From NCBI GenBank assembly GCA_964035545.1, contig OZ037767.1, positions 8,876,581 to 8,940,580 on the forward strand: 64,000 nucleotides of DNA, given 5' to 3'. This document shows positions 1 to 10,687 of the stretch, one piece after another (the first letter of the stretch is position 1; each line of letters begins with the position of its first letter). Source of the stretch: Bugula neritina (Eukaryota; Animalia; Bryozoa). Both the position numbers and the translations under genes were made by a program. The notes beneath the pieces are model-generated. The model had not been told where the DNA came from. It did no database searches and was given only the letters and a program-made list of their open reading frames with translations.

Positions 1-393
1 TGATCTTCAATATCAGATTGCTTGATTGTGCTATAAGGTAGCATCCTACTCGACCAGGTATGGCAGTATATAGTCTGATCCTCTGATACAGCTAATTAAA
101 ACTCATGACCTAGTTTTCTGCCAGCGATATGAATAGCCATTAGAAATCATTCTTTGAAGTTTTTTATCAAATAATTTGTGTCAAATGTGAATTCCAGTAC
201 TGGCCAGTCCCACATTTTCACTGTGTATAATGTAATTGGCAGTTACAACATATATGAACAACATTAGCTGTGAATGGCATTGGAATTTTAGCATATTTTA
301 GCATATAATTATAATCAGTATCTATAAATAGATCAGCTATCAAAGTAGCTTCCCTGGGAGTACAATTTTGGTACATGAGCTGCATTTATTAGG

Positions 394-620
394 GAGCAGC
401 CGTGGTCTAGGGGTTAGACTTTAGAGTGTTTGGCTTAGCAAACACGAAGTCATGTATTCTGACCCCATCGAAGGTCATTGATGATGTTTATAGGAAAATC
501 ATCCAGTCATAATAGCTACTGTGCCACATAAATGAATAAGTCTTAGCCCCACTTTAAAAAAACCCTTTTCGTCAGGGGTTTTCCAGGAATGGCGACTATG
601 AACTTGTTAGTTTTTCGTGA
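394..620 (+). mobile_element. tRNA-derived SINE, family A, copy 1
   Basis: A-box-like GTGGTCTAGGGGTTAG and a degenerate B-box. Aligns by eye over ~200 bp with 12824-13028 and, reversed, with 33622-33785. Confidence 0.7.
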
Positions 621-1690
621 GTGAGTTGCATTTATGGTGATTAGATATAAATTATAGCTTCATACTGTAGGTTAGTTTTATCGGAGAACTCTTATTACTT
701 TATGTATACACCAAGGAGAGCCTGCAGTCCGTGACAAACTTTGTTGGGCACAGAACATGTTACTATAAGTTGAGTCATAAAGGGAGATTCACCAAGAACA
801 GCTAGTACATAGTACATACATAAAGTGATAGCTTTTTATATGAACGCTTTCCACAGCTTTTCCCTTAAAGCTTGTATAACAAAAATGCTATAATATACAA
901 CAAAGCCAGTTTAAAATTTACTACAGCTAGAATGACAGCTATAAATATTTGAAGTTCTACTTCTAAAATTGGATAGGATTTGTTATGTGTGAACTTTATA
1001 TTTGAGAATGTCATCATAATGTGTATGCTAATTGTCAATGTCAAAATAATATCACATACTATAGATTATAAAACAGTGCTCCCTCCATCGCTCACAGACT
1101 TAATTCTTACAAAATTCCATGGATCACACAAAGGCTTGGGTGTCCATTTTTGGCTGAAGCACCATTGAAAATACGTAGTGACATAAGATTTTTGTGTGCT
1201 TATTTCAAAGCATGTAAAGCAATCATTATTAGAGAAAGTATTTGTTGTATGGCATGACCTGTGTTGATTTAATAGTAATTAAGTGGACTAATTGTCAAAT
1301 GTGTATAAATTGACAAGTTTAGATTAAATATAGAGTCAAATTCCTCAGAGAATATTTTTATAATAATTTGACAGTGTAGATAACAATGTCAAGCAGTTAT
1401 ATAACTCCACATATTTAAGATAGGCTATTTAGTCACCATAAATACAGCTCATGTACTTAAATCATACTCCCAGAGATATGCTACTTTGCTGGAATCTCTA
1501 GAGGTTATTCACGTGATGATGTGGTTCATTTGGTACCTGCATGTACTCTATGTAAACATAAACTTGTTGTCAACCAACTGCTATTTCGGTTTAATAGCAA
1601 ATATGCTTCCATTTATCTTTTTTTCTGTATCATAATATACAGCTATACATTGTGACTAGAAAATATTATTGCTGTATAGAGTTTCACTGT

Positions 1691-2213
1691 TGGGTTTCAC
1701 TAGCTGCTGGGTTTCACTAGCTGCTGGGTTTCACTAGCTGCTGGGTTTCACTAGCTGCTGGGTTTCGCTAGCTGCTGGGTTTCGCTAGCTGCTGGGTTTC
1801 GCTAGCTGCTGGGTTTCGCTAGCTGCTGGGTTTCGCTAGCTGCTGGGTTTCGCTAGCTGCTGGGTTTCGCTAGCTGCTGGGTTTCGCTAGCTGCTGGGTT
1901 TCGCTAGCTGCTGGGTTTCGCTAGCTGCTGGGTTTCGCTAGCTGCTGGGTTTCGCTAGCTGCTGGGTTTCGCTAGCTGCTGGGTTTCGCTAGCTGCTGGG
2001 TTTCGCTAGCTGCTGGGTTTCGCTAGCTGCTGGGTTTCGCTAGCTGCTGGGTTTCGCTAGCTGCTGGGTTTCGCTAGCTGCTGGGTTTCGCTAGCTGCTG
2101 GGTTTCGCTAGCTGCTGGGTTTCGCTAGCTGCTGGGTTTCGCTAGCTGCTGGGTTTCGCTAGCTGCTGGGTTTCGCTAGCTGCTGGGTTTCGCTAGCTGC
2201 TGGGTTTCGCTAG
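1691..2213. repeat. 17-bp minisatellite (TGGGTTTCRCTAGCTGC) x ~31
   Basis: Read directly; the first 4 units have CA, the rest CG. Confidence 0.97.
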
Positions 2214-2825
2214 TGAATTTGTGTGTCACAGTGTTGCATGGAGTAGTTCACTGGTTTTATATTTACTTATCTTATATATACTGCAAAACCTTTGATCTCC
2301 TGCTGACACACTAAATGTTTATGAAAAATTAATGACTATTTACAACAGAGATCTGAGAGTGGCTGTTTGAAAAAGCTGCAACTAAATCCAGTACACATCT
2401 GTCAGTTGGCTACATAACAGAACTTCATTGCCTATTAAATTACAAGCTGTTTAAAAACCACGCAAGTAAGCGCAGACGATGATGTATATAGCAGCAAATC
2501 AGTAGCAGGCAATCCATAAACCCAAGCTTTCTCATTCACAAAGCCTGGGGTAGCCATGCAGAGTGAACCAAGAGATGACTATGATATCTTTATAATTGCC
2601 TCTATCATCTACTCATTATATCTAGACTATGAAGTATAAACTGGTGCCCAAAAACAAAGTATCTTAATCAAGTTTAAAATAAACTTTAAAGTATTTTGTG
2701 AGGCTTTGATATGTGAGATATAATATATTCAACATCATACAAACCATAAGCTTTAAGGATAAATGTTATTTGCTGAGTTGCTCTTCCCAAAATTAAATTG
2801 CTTATGCATCCTGGAAATATCATAT

Positions 2826-2940
<115 letters not shown>

Positions 2941-3367
2941 ATGTATATATATGCGAGTGCGTGTGTATGTGTGTGCTTGATAATATTATTTACCCATGCG
3001 AACAGATACACATAATAAATAAAATGTGAACATATAAAGTATTACTCAGTTATTCAAGTGTTCCATTGAAGCTATGTGTGAATATAAGCATATATTTACA
3101 TGTATATGTCAGATAATATATTAGTGAAAGCTGTTGTTGGATTTATTACAATGAGTTCATGCCTCTCTGTTTAAAGAGTAAATTTAACACTTCAATTTTG
3201 AAAACAACTAACACACGTTGTTATTGGACACCATCTAAATTAAGGTCAAAGTTATCTTGTAGCATGAGTGACTATAATATGAGCCAATCACCTGTTACCT
3301 CATGATGCGTATAACTGATAAGGCAGTATTATATAACACTCAGTTTTAACGAGTTCAGGACAATAAC

Positions 3368-3416
3368 ATTAAGACCACCCAGTGTGTCAGCAAAGTTCAT
3401 CTGCAGACAATAAAAT
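3368..3416 (+). pseudogene. Relic of the last exon of a CYP paralog (LRPPSVSAKFICRQ*)
   Basis: ATTAAGACCACCCAGTGTGTCAGCAAAGTTCATCTGCAGACAATAAAAT nearly matches the 3' end of the CYP gene at ~21299-21347 (LRPPSVSAKFIRRQ*). Confidence 0.75.
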
Positions 3417-4607
3417 AAAAGAAACTGTTTTGAATAACAATATCTTTACTCAGCTCTGACAAGCTACCTGTACACATCAAACATAATTATTATTATGCTC
3501 AAATATAAATATTCAGTCATAAACAATGTATATAAATGATCAATGATAATTACTGCCAGCTAACAATTAGTTTTTGGTTTATATATTCCATACATGCATA
3601 TCATATCATAGAACATCATGCATATGGTGCTGTAACACAATAATCGCATATATACATTTTAACAAAAATTATACATCACGAAATATTAAAGTGTCTTTGG
3701 GTAAAATACAAAGAATCTTATTGTTTGAGGCAACAATTGATATGCTCTTGTGCTACTGCAAGCTCCTGTTTTCTTGCTTTCCCACATGTGAGAAGATAAC
3801 CCTAAACTAATCATAAGAAGTACAGCATCTAATGGAGGGATAACTCTCAATAAGCAATGTACAAATATTTATAGTGTTTAATATAATAATATTATTATTA
3901 TATGAAAGCATCAATCATAACGCATTACAAATAATCTATACCAGGGGTGTCCAACCTTTTCAAAGCAAGGGCTATTAAAATTGAATCTTGAATGTTTCCA
4001 AATTACTTTATTCCAAATTATCATGACTCATTACACAATTAAATAAAGTTCCAATAGTTACTTCAGGCTGCATCTTTTTAGCATGTATATAAATTTAAAA
4101 CATTTAAAAGTGGCTTTTCAACTCTAATTCACATATGTGTGCAATTAATAGTTTTATTTGTTTTGCCTACATAAATGTATAGGCTAGGAGCCTCATCCAG
4201 CTCTGGAGCTGCCTGTTGCATAGACAACCCTGATTTCTACTAACAGACCGAGTAAGTTTGCTTACATTCACGGGCTTTCCATGTACCGATCTCAAATCGA
4301 TCTCGCTAAGATCGATCTGAGAAATGTGCTCAGATCGATCGTTTTTCCATGAGAGTGTCAGATCGATCTCGCGAAGTTGCCTCCTCTTAAGTGAAGGATA
4401 CTTTAAAAGTATAATTTGTTCACCTATTTGAGTGATTAAAGCTACTACTGTTGAAAACAAGATGGTCTTAGTCTAAAATTCAATCCCAGCTATAAAGTGT
4501 ACGTAGCAAAGCTTTCAGTGTATGGTAATTTGGCCAATTTAAAATAATTAATTTTAATTTTTTAGCTTGACAGCTTATATAAAATTAATGGCTGTCTTGC
4601 AGAGTAT

Positions 4608-4913
4608 TGTGGTGGTTCGTGGAACTACCAGCAGCACAACATGTAGGGTCGCGTAATTGACCCGGAACAATGGATAGCCAATTAGCGTAGTTGATAGTTA
4701 GCAGCAATTGTAGTTTCCCGCTGCTAACTCAGTCGAAGCTAGAGTGTGAAATAGATTAGATGTGTAACTTGTTGGAAATAATGTATCGTGTTTTTATAAT
4801 GTATAGTTGTGTATAAAATATACTCGTTCACTCGACTTAGCCTGGTGCAGTTCTATACTAGATAAATAGACTCTCTGGATAGCATATCAACCCTAAATCT
4901 GAAAATCTTAACA
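4608..4913 (+). repeat. 5' LTR (306 bp)
   Basis: Starts TGTGG and ends TAACA. Identical to 11788-12093 except G4901 vs A12081. Inr-like TCAGTC at ~4729 and TATAAAA at 4812. Confidence 0.98.
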
Positions 4914-4914
4914 G

Positions 4915-4932
4915 TGGTGGCAGCGGTGGGAT
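4915..4932 (+). promoter_or_regulatory. Primer-binding site complementary to tRNA-Leu 3' end
   Basis: TGGTGGCAGCGGTGGGAT lies 1 nt after the LTR and is the reverse complement of the conserved metazoan tRNA-Leu 3' end ATCCCACCGCTGCCA-CCA. Confidence 0.9.
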
Positions 4933-4944
4933 AGTGCATCCAAG

Positions 4945-5904
4945 ATGGAGACTGAAAATGCTGAAACTCAACCACCGGCAATCGAAGGTGAGCGTAGAGA
5001 CAATGCTATAGAGACAATGCCTGTTAACCATGTAGTAGAAGAGCGAAGGGTTCCGCGAGAACTAGCTGAAGACCGCTACAGGTTAAAGGCGCCCACCTTC
5101 ACGGGTGAAGAGGAGGTGGAACAATTTATCCAAGAGTTTAGCGACGTAATGGACGTCGCTCAGTGGCCCCCTAGGGTGGCCCTGCTGAAGCTTAGAATGG
5201 CATTGATGGACAAAGCCAAGCCCTATGGGCTGGGCATAGACATTGATAATATCTTTGCTTCTCTGCGGGCCCGCTTTGGCCTCTCGGCTACAGATGCCAG
5301 GGCCCGATTACAGAGGTTGCGGCGTGATCCCCGCACCCCGCTGCGGGAGCATGCCGCCGCGGTCATGAAGCTGGCACAGATCGCGTACAGCGACTTGCCC
5401 CCAGTCAATCGCGAGAGGTACACCCTCGACGCTTTCATAGCATCTGTCGACGATCTGGGTCTCCACCACCAGTTTCTAGCTAGGGGAGTCACCACCGTTG
5501 AAGATGCTCTGACTGAGGGGGAAGCTTACCTCCTAGCTAACCAAATGCATAAAAGTCGCGGAAGCTCCCGCCAAGTGGAGATAGACCGCGCAGACACGGC
5601 CGCGGGACAAGGGGAGGAAACCCCCGCCGCGGCTGCCGTGTCCCAGTTAGCGACGGCATCAAAAGTCACTCAACTGACGGACATGCTAGCCAAGCTGATA
5701 GCAACACTGACACCACAAAACCCAGTGAGTACCGCCCCTGAGCCCATGCGGCCATCGGCGCCGCCACAGGGAGAAACAGTCAGTTTTTGCTGGGAGTGCG
5801 GAAATCAAGGACATTTCCGCCGATATTGTCCCTTCCTAAATCAGGGGTTAAACTACCGCGGCCCGCAGATGTTCCCACCTTCCGCGGGCCGACGAAACCT
5901 CTAG
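4945..5904 (+). CDS. gag: Gag (capsid + CCHC zinc knuckle), 319 aa, intact
   Basis: ATG in AAGATGG context just after the PBS; CWECGNQGHFRRYC knuckle. Confidence 0.93.
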   Translation: METENAETQPPAIEGERRDNAIETMPVNHVVEERRVPRELAEDRYRLKAPTFTGEEEVEQFIQEFSDVMDVAQWPPRVALLKLRMALMDKAKPYGLGIDIDNIFASLRARFGLSATDARARLQRLRRDPRTPLREHAAAVMKLAQIAYSDLPPVNRERYTLDAFIASVDDLGLHHQFLARGVTTVEDALTEGEAYLLANQMHKSRGSSRQVEIDRADTAAGQGEETPAAAAVSQLATASKVTQLTDMLAKLIATLTPQNPVSTAPEPMRPSAPPQGETVSFCWECGNQGHFRRYCPFLNQGLNYRGPQMFPPSAGRRNL

Positions 5905-7145
5905 GGAAGAAGAAACGCAGGTCACCCAGACGGGTACCGCGTACTGGCAACCAACAGTGGCAACAGCCACGACGGACCAGCAAGGGGCTTCGCCCCGCGG
6001 CTGCCTTTTCTATGCCCCTTCACAACAGATTCACAGGGCTACAAGTCCAAGAACCTGGATGGGAGCACACAAAGGTAGCTGAGAATCTAGCCTCGGCACC
6101 CCCGAGGCCTACCTATCACCGCCCCAAGAGACCTCCTTCGCGACCCAAAGCGAGGGAGGTACTCCCTGCGAGAGTAAGGCCTGAAGGGAGAGTTCAGGTG
6201 CAGCCCCATGGGAACAGCTATTTCTTGCCCGGTAAACTGGAAGGCAAAGCTGTTACTTTTCTCATTGATTCGGGCTGTACCACAAACCTCTTAAGCCGCC
6301 AACTCTTCGACACCCTCAGTGCTAGGGTCAGGGGCGAGATGGAAGCATACGAAGGGGAATACGGCACCCTAGCTGACGGGTCGTGCCTTCCCTTCTATGG
6401 TATAATTGAGCTGACGGGACGAGTCCGCGATCAAACGATCCAAGAGACGTTCATCGTCAGTCAGCTCAAGGAGGATGCTATCCTCGGGATGCCGTTCCTT
6501 AAACGGCACGGATGTCACATAGATTTTAGCAGATCTGCAATGATGATGTCCGGGCGGGAACTCGCCTGCGTCGACAAGTTCGGCTGCCCTTTAGTGGGAG
6601 GTGTGCAAGTGGTACGCAACCGTACCATACCAGGCCGCTCCCGGGCTACCATTCACTGCAGGGTGAATGGTAGCCGGATCTCTGGACTCGGGGTGGTTGA
6701 AGGCGCGCACGAAAAGATCCAACTTGCCAGCAGTCTGAATCAGCTGACTGAGCAAGGGGAGATCTTAGTGCAGTGCGTCAACCCCTTTACCGAGCCTATC
6801 AAGCTCCCGGCTGGGTCGATGCTGGGCCGTTTTCACTCTGTTCAAGAGGGAGACGTAGGCCCGTCGCTGGGTGATGCGACAGAGGCACTCCCTCGACACC
6901 CTATTCAGGGACGAGGGGCAGTCCCAACACATCTCCGGGAGTTATACGAGACGGCCAGTAACGGCTGCGCGAGTAACAGAGAGCGCCAGGCTATGGCCAA
7001 GTTACTACGCGACTACGGTGATGTGTTCAGCAGCGGAGAGCATGACGTGGGACTGACTGGAATTGTCAGACACGAAAGGGGCAGGGACAGTCCCTGTCCG
7101 GCAGCCCACACGCAGGCTGGGGCCGGAGAAAGAGAAGGAGGTTAG
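5787..7145 (+). CDS. pol: Pol N-terminal part: aspartic protease and PR-RT linker
   Basis: FLIDSGC catalytic motif and ILGMPFL motif. Protein similarity ends at VRHE (7076), where the frame breaks. Confidence 0.9.
   Translation: MLGVRKSRTFPPILSLPKSGVKLPRPADVPTFRGPTKPLGKKKRRSPRRVPRTGNQQWQQPRRTSKGLRPAAAFSMPLHNRFTGLQVQEPGWEHTKVAENLASAPPRPTYHRPKRPPSRPKAREVLPARVRPEGRVQVQPHGNSYFLPGKLEGKAVTFLIDSGCTTNLLSRQLFDTLSARVRGEMEAYEGEYGTLADGSCLPFYGIIELTGRVRDQTIQETFIVSQLKEDAILGMPFLKRHGCHIDFSRSAMMMSGRELACVDKFGCPLVGGVQVVRNRTIPGRSRATIHCRVNGSRISGLGVVEGAHEKIQLASSLNQLTEQGEILVQCVNPFTEPIKLPAGSMLGRFHSVQEGDVGPSLGDATEALPRHPIQGRGAVPTHLRELYETASNGCASNRERQAMAKLLRDYGDVFSSGEHDVGLTGIVRHERGRDSPCPAAHTQAGAGEREGG
5847..5908 (+). 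promoter_or_regulatory. Predicted -1 programmed ribosomal frameshift (gag to pol)
   Basis: Heptamer G TTA AAC in the gag frame (5847-5853), 5-nt spacer, 8-bp stem CGGCCCGC (5859-5866) / GCGGGCCG (5884-5891). The protease ORF is in the -1 frame. Confidence 0.75.
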
Positions 7146-10100
7146 CCGACAAGTACGGGATCTTCTGGACCGGGGACTGATAGAGCCCGCCCATAGTGCG
7201 TGGAGCTCGCCAGTCGTACTGGTCCGGAAGAAAGACGGCAGTTGGCGGTTCTGTGTGGACTACCGCAAACTCAATAGCGTAACCATACAGGACGCCTACC
7301 CTCTACCTCGTATTGACGAGTCATTGGACGCCCTAGCCGGCAGCAAGTACTTCAGTACGTTAGACTTGCTAAGCGGCTATTGGCAGGTTCCTCTGAGTCC
7401 CGACGCCCAAGAGAAAGCGGCGTTTATCACACGGGACGGTTTGTGGAAGTGGAAGGTGCTGCCCTCCGGGTTAACCTCCGCCCCAGCCACCTTCCAGAGG
7501 CTGATGGAACAAGTCCTTAGCGGACTCCATTGGAAGACACTGCTGGTCTACCTCGATGATGTCATCGTAATCTCTCCAGACTTCGAGACACATGTCAGTC
7601 GTCTGCAGGAGGTTTTCGAGAGACTCCGAGGTGCCGGTCTTAAGCTCAAACCTTCCAAGTGCGCTCTGTTGCAGCCGGAGGTCAAGTACCTGGGGCACGT
7701 TGTCGGTCGAAACGGCGTGGCAACGGATCCCGAAAAGGTACGGGCAGTAGAAGACTGGGTCACCCCCCAAGACTTGACCGGACTCCGGGCTTTCTTGGGG
7801 CTGGTAGGGTATTACAGGCAATACATACCAGACTTTGCGGGCATAGCCCAGCCGTTAAACCGGCTTACCGCAAAGGGAGTGACGTGGCAGTGGACCCCAA
7901 TCGAACAAGAAGCGTTCGACCGCCTCAAGGGCTGCCTCCTAACGGCGCCCATCTTGGCCTACCCAGACCCCACTCTGGAGTACATCCTAGACACGGACGC
8001 CAGTGACCAGAATGTTGGCGCTGTGCTGTCACAAGTGCAGGAAGGCCGAGAAGTAGTAGTAGCCTACTACAGCAAGTCTCTCTCTCCCGCTGAACGAAAT
8101 TACTGCACTACCCGCAAGGAACTGCTGGCAGTAATCAAGTCAGTGAAGCACTTCAGACCATACCTATATGGCAGGAAGTTCCGGCTGCGTACGGATCATG
8201 CCTCGCTGATCTGGTTGTGCAGGAGAGCAGAGCCCTCTAGTCAGGTCGCCCGGTGGCTCGAAATCCTAGCTGAATTCTCATACCGGATCGAACATCGACC
8301 GGGCAAGAGACACAGCAATGCGGATGGGTTGAGTCGCCGACCTGACGGAGGTTGCAAACAGTGTCTCAACATCGAGAGGAGGGACGGAGGTCCCCCACGA
8401 TGCGAGTTGGAGACGCTGGCTCATCACGGAGCACCGTTTGACTGGGATCAAGGTCAACTCAGGCAAAGAGTTGACGAGCCCCCGGAGGATGTGCAAAACC
8501 TCCGCGCCAACCCTGTACTGGCCGGTAATGTTCGAGAGCTGAAGAAGCTCCAAGAAGAGCTGCCTGGAGTCGTGGCAGACATATACCGGGCCAAACGGGA
8601 AGGGCGACGACCCAGCGAGGAACGCATAAGACAGGGATGCGCCGAGTTCCGGCTATACTGTCAGCGTTGGGACTCGCTGCGGATCGGGCAGGATGGGTTA
8701 CTAACCATCTCTCTAGCTGCCAGCGGCAGACACCCGGAAAGGAAGAGGGTAGTCTGCCCCACAGCCATCCGCCGTGAGTTGATTTGGGACACTCACAAGC
8801 AGGTCCACGCAGGGGTCAAGCGAGTGATGTCCAAATTACGACTCCGGTGGTATTGGCCGCAGATGGAGCGTGACGTCCGGCTCAGAGTCAAACAGTGTGA
8901 GATCTGCCAGGCCAGTAAGCATAGCCGCCCCCCTGGTGAAGCAGGACGGCGGAGGCTATATGCTGGCAGGCCCTGGCAAGTAGTCGCTGTAGACCTGGTC
9001 GGACCCATGCCCCTGACCCCCAGAGGCAATAATTGGATCCTAGTACTAACCGACCACTTTACTAGGTGGGCGGATGCTCTGGCTATCCCAGATGCATCAG
9101 CCCCAACAGTGGCCAGGGCACTAGACCAACATGTATTCTGTTATTTTGGGCTCCCCGAACAGATACACTCTGATCAAGGCGCTCAATTCCAGTCTCAACT
9201 GATGAGCGACCTTTGCCACCTCTGGGGAGTAAATCAGAGCAGGACCACCCCCTACCACCCTCAAGGTAACGGGGTGGTGGAGCGCAACAACCGGATGCTA
9301 GGTGATGCACTCCGGAGTCTCCTCCTTGGACGAGGTCAAGAGGAATGGGATACGGTGTTGCCGCAAGTCATGCGTGCATACCGTAGCACCCCACACACCA
9401 GTACTGGTGAGACCCCAAACCTCTTGATGCTCGGGAGGGAGACTCGTGTCCCTGACCATCTCACCTATCACGTTCCAGAGCAGGATAACTCAGTCCATGA
9501 GTATGCCAGTGAACTAGTGGAACGGATGAAGGCCGCACACGAGATACTGCGTCAACAGCAGTGGAAGGTGCGGCACGAAGATTCCGATGAACCACCCCTC
9601 TATCAAAGAGGAGATAAGGTGTGGATGGTCAATTACCGTAGGCGCCGCGGACAGGCTGATAAGCTGAAGCCTAAGTTCGTAGGCCCCTACGTGGTCGTCG
9701 AGGCTATGCCCAATCATACGTACAAGATTGAGCGCTCAGGACAGGTGTCTATCCAGAATGAGTCTCGCTTGAAACCATATTGGGCTAGCCCCGGCGGAGT
9801 GGGAGAAGCCCCCCCGTTGTTAGAGCCCAGGAGGCAGACAACAACGCGCGGGCGACGGCGGCATGGACCTGAATACGAAGTGGTCATACCGCGGGAAGAA
9901 AACTTGGTGAGAGAGGAGCGGCAGCTTTTGTCAACAGAAGCGTGTCCGCCACCGCCAAGTCTAATTCCATCACTTCCAGAAGCCGAGCCGGTTCCGGAAG
10001 TGCAAACCCCCACGGAGGGAGGGGCTCCATCCGGAGAACAAGAAGAGGTGACCGGGGACGGTGAAGTAGAGACGCCATTAGAGGCCCCTACTAACGAACC

Positions 10101-10179
10101 GGCAAGCGTGTCACCCCCCCCTAGAAAGGGGTCAGCGTACGAGGCAACCCCCCGCATACTTGAAAGACTTCGTATGTGA
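7063..10179 (+). CDS. pol: Pol: reverse transcriptase, RNase H, integrase
   Basis: WRFCVDYRKLN, YLDD, TDAS, HHCC zinc domain, D-D-E (VDLVGP, HSDQG, VERNNR), GPY motif. Out of frame with the protease. The true C-terminus appears to continue in the +1 frame to 10408. Confidence 0.95.
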   Translation: MSDTKGAGTVPVRQPTRRLGPEKEKEVSRQVRDLLDRGLIEPAHSAWSSPVVLVRKKDGSWRFCVDYRKLNSVTIQDAYPLPRIDESLDALAGSKYFSTLDLLSGYWQVPLSPDAQEKAAFITRDGLWKWKVLPSGLTSAPATFQRLMEQVLSGLHWKTLLVYLDDVIVISPDFETHVSRLQEVFERLRGAGLKLKPSKCALLQPEVKYLGHVVGRNGVATDPEKVRAVEDWVTPQDLTGLRAFLGLVGYYRQYIPDFAGIAQPLNRLTAKGVTWQWTPIEQEAFDRLKGCLLTAPILAYPDPTLEYILDTDASDQNVGAVLSQVQEGREVVVAYYSKSLSPAERNYCTTRKELLAVIKSVKHFRPYLYGRKFRLRTDHASLIWLCRRAEPSSQVARWLEILAEFSYRIEHRPGKRHSNADGLSRRPDGGCKQCLNIERRDGGPPRCELETLAHHGAPFDWDQGQLRQRVDEPPEDVQNLRANPVLAGNVRELKKLQEELPGVVADIYRAKREGRRPSEERIRQGCAEFRLYCQRWDSLRIGQDGLLTISLAASGRHPERKRVVCPTAIRRELIWDTHKQVHAGVKRVMSKLRLRWYWPQMERDVRLRVKQCEICQASKHSRPPGEAGRRRLYAGRPWQVVAVDLVGPMPLTPRGNNWILVLTDHFTRWADALAIPDASAPTVARALDQHVFCYFGLPEQIHSDQGAQFQSQLMSDLCHLWGVNQSRTTPYHPQGNGVVERNNRMLGDALRSLLLGRGQEEWDTVLPQVMRAYRSTPHTSTGETPNLLMLGRETRVPDHLTYHVPEQDNSVHEYASELVERMKAAHEILRQQQWKVRHEDSDEPPLYQRGDKVWMVNYRRRRGQADKLKPKFVGPYVVVEAMPNHTYKIERSGQVSIQNESRLKPYWASPGGVGEAPPLLEPRRQTTTRGRRRHGPEYEVVIPREENLVREERQLLSTEACPPPPSLIPSLPEAEPVPEVQTPTEGGAPSGEQEEVTGDGEVETPLEAPTNEPASVSPPPRKGSAYEATPRILERLRM

Positions 10180-10687
10180 CTGCGTTAAAAGCGGCACACA
10201 TGAAAGTCTAGGGGAAAACCGTACGAGAAAAGAATCGAGCAAATGTGGGAGTTGTCAACACCACGGAAATATCAACTTTTGTATCGGCGGAAATAGAAAC
10301 AAAATTCATCCGCCGGGTGCACAAAGTCTTAATCACGCACCCCAACCACGTTGCTCGATCTTTTCATACGCTGATGCAGTCAAGAGTAGACGTGTTTCTA
10401 AGCAGTAGTTCAAACCATTTCACATATTCAGTATGTCTTACGACAACAGATCGTGGGGTGAGTTAACTATATCTTAATACGAAACTAGATTGCATCGCTC
10501 AGCTCTGACTCACTGAGTCAATCGAGCTGGAGATAGGTTAGTGAAATACCGTAGTAAGAACTCAGTTTGACTTAGAGATTTTTATAATCTCATTGCAATA
10601 CGGTTCTATCTGACTATTCACTATCATTAATCTCTACGAGGTAACTGAATTAGGAGTTGCCAAGCTGTTCAAGCTGACAACACAGCA

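Noticed and set aside
1691-2213. Possible CRISPR array
   Set aside because: Head-to-tail repeats without spacers, in a eukaryotic context.
4167-4460. 97-aa minus-strand ORFs here and at 12400-12693 sharing SQIDLSEID
   Set aside because: The similarity comes from the palindromic GATCGATC-rich MITE ends, not from a protein family.
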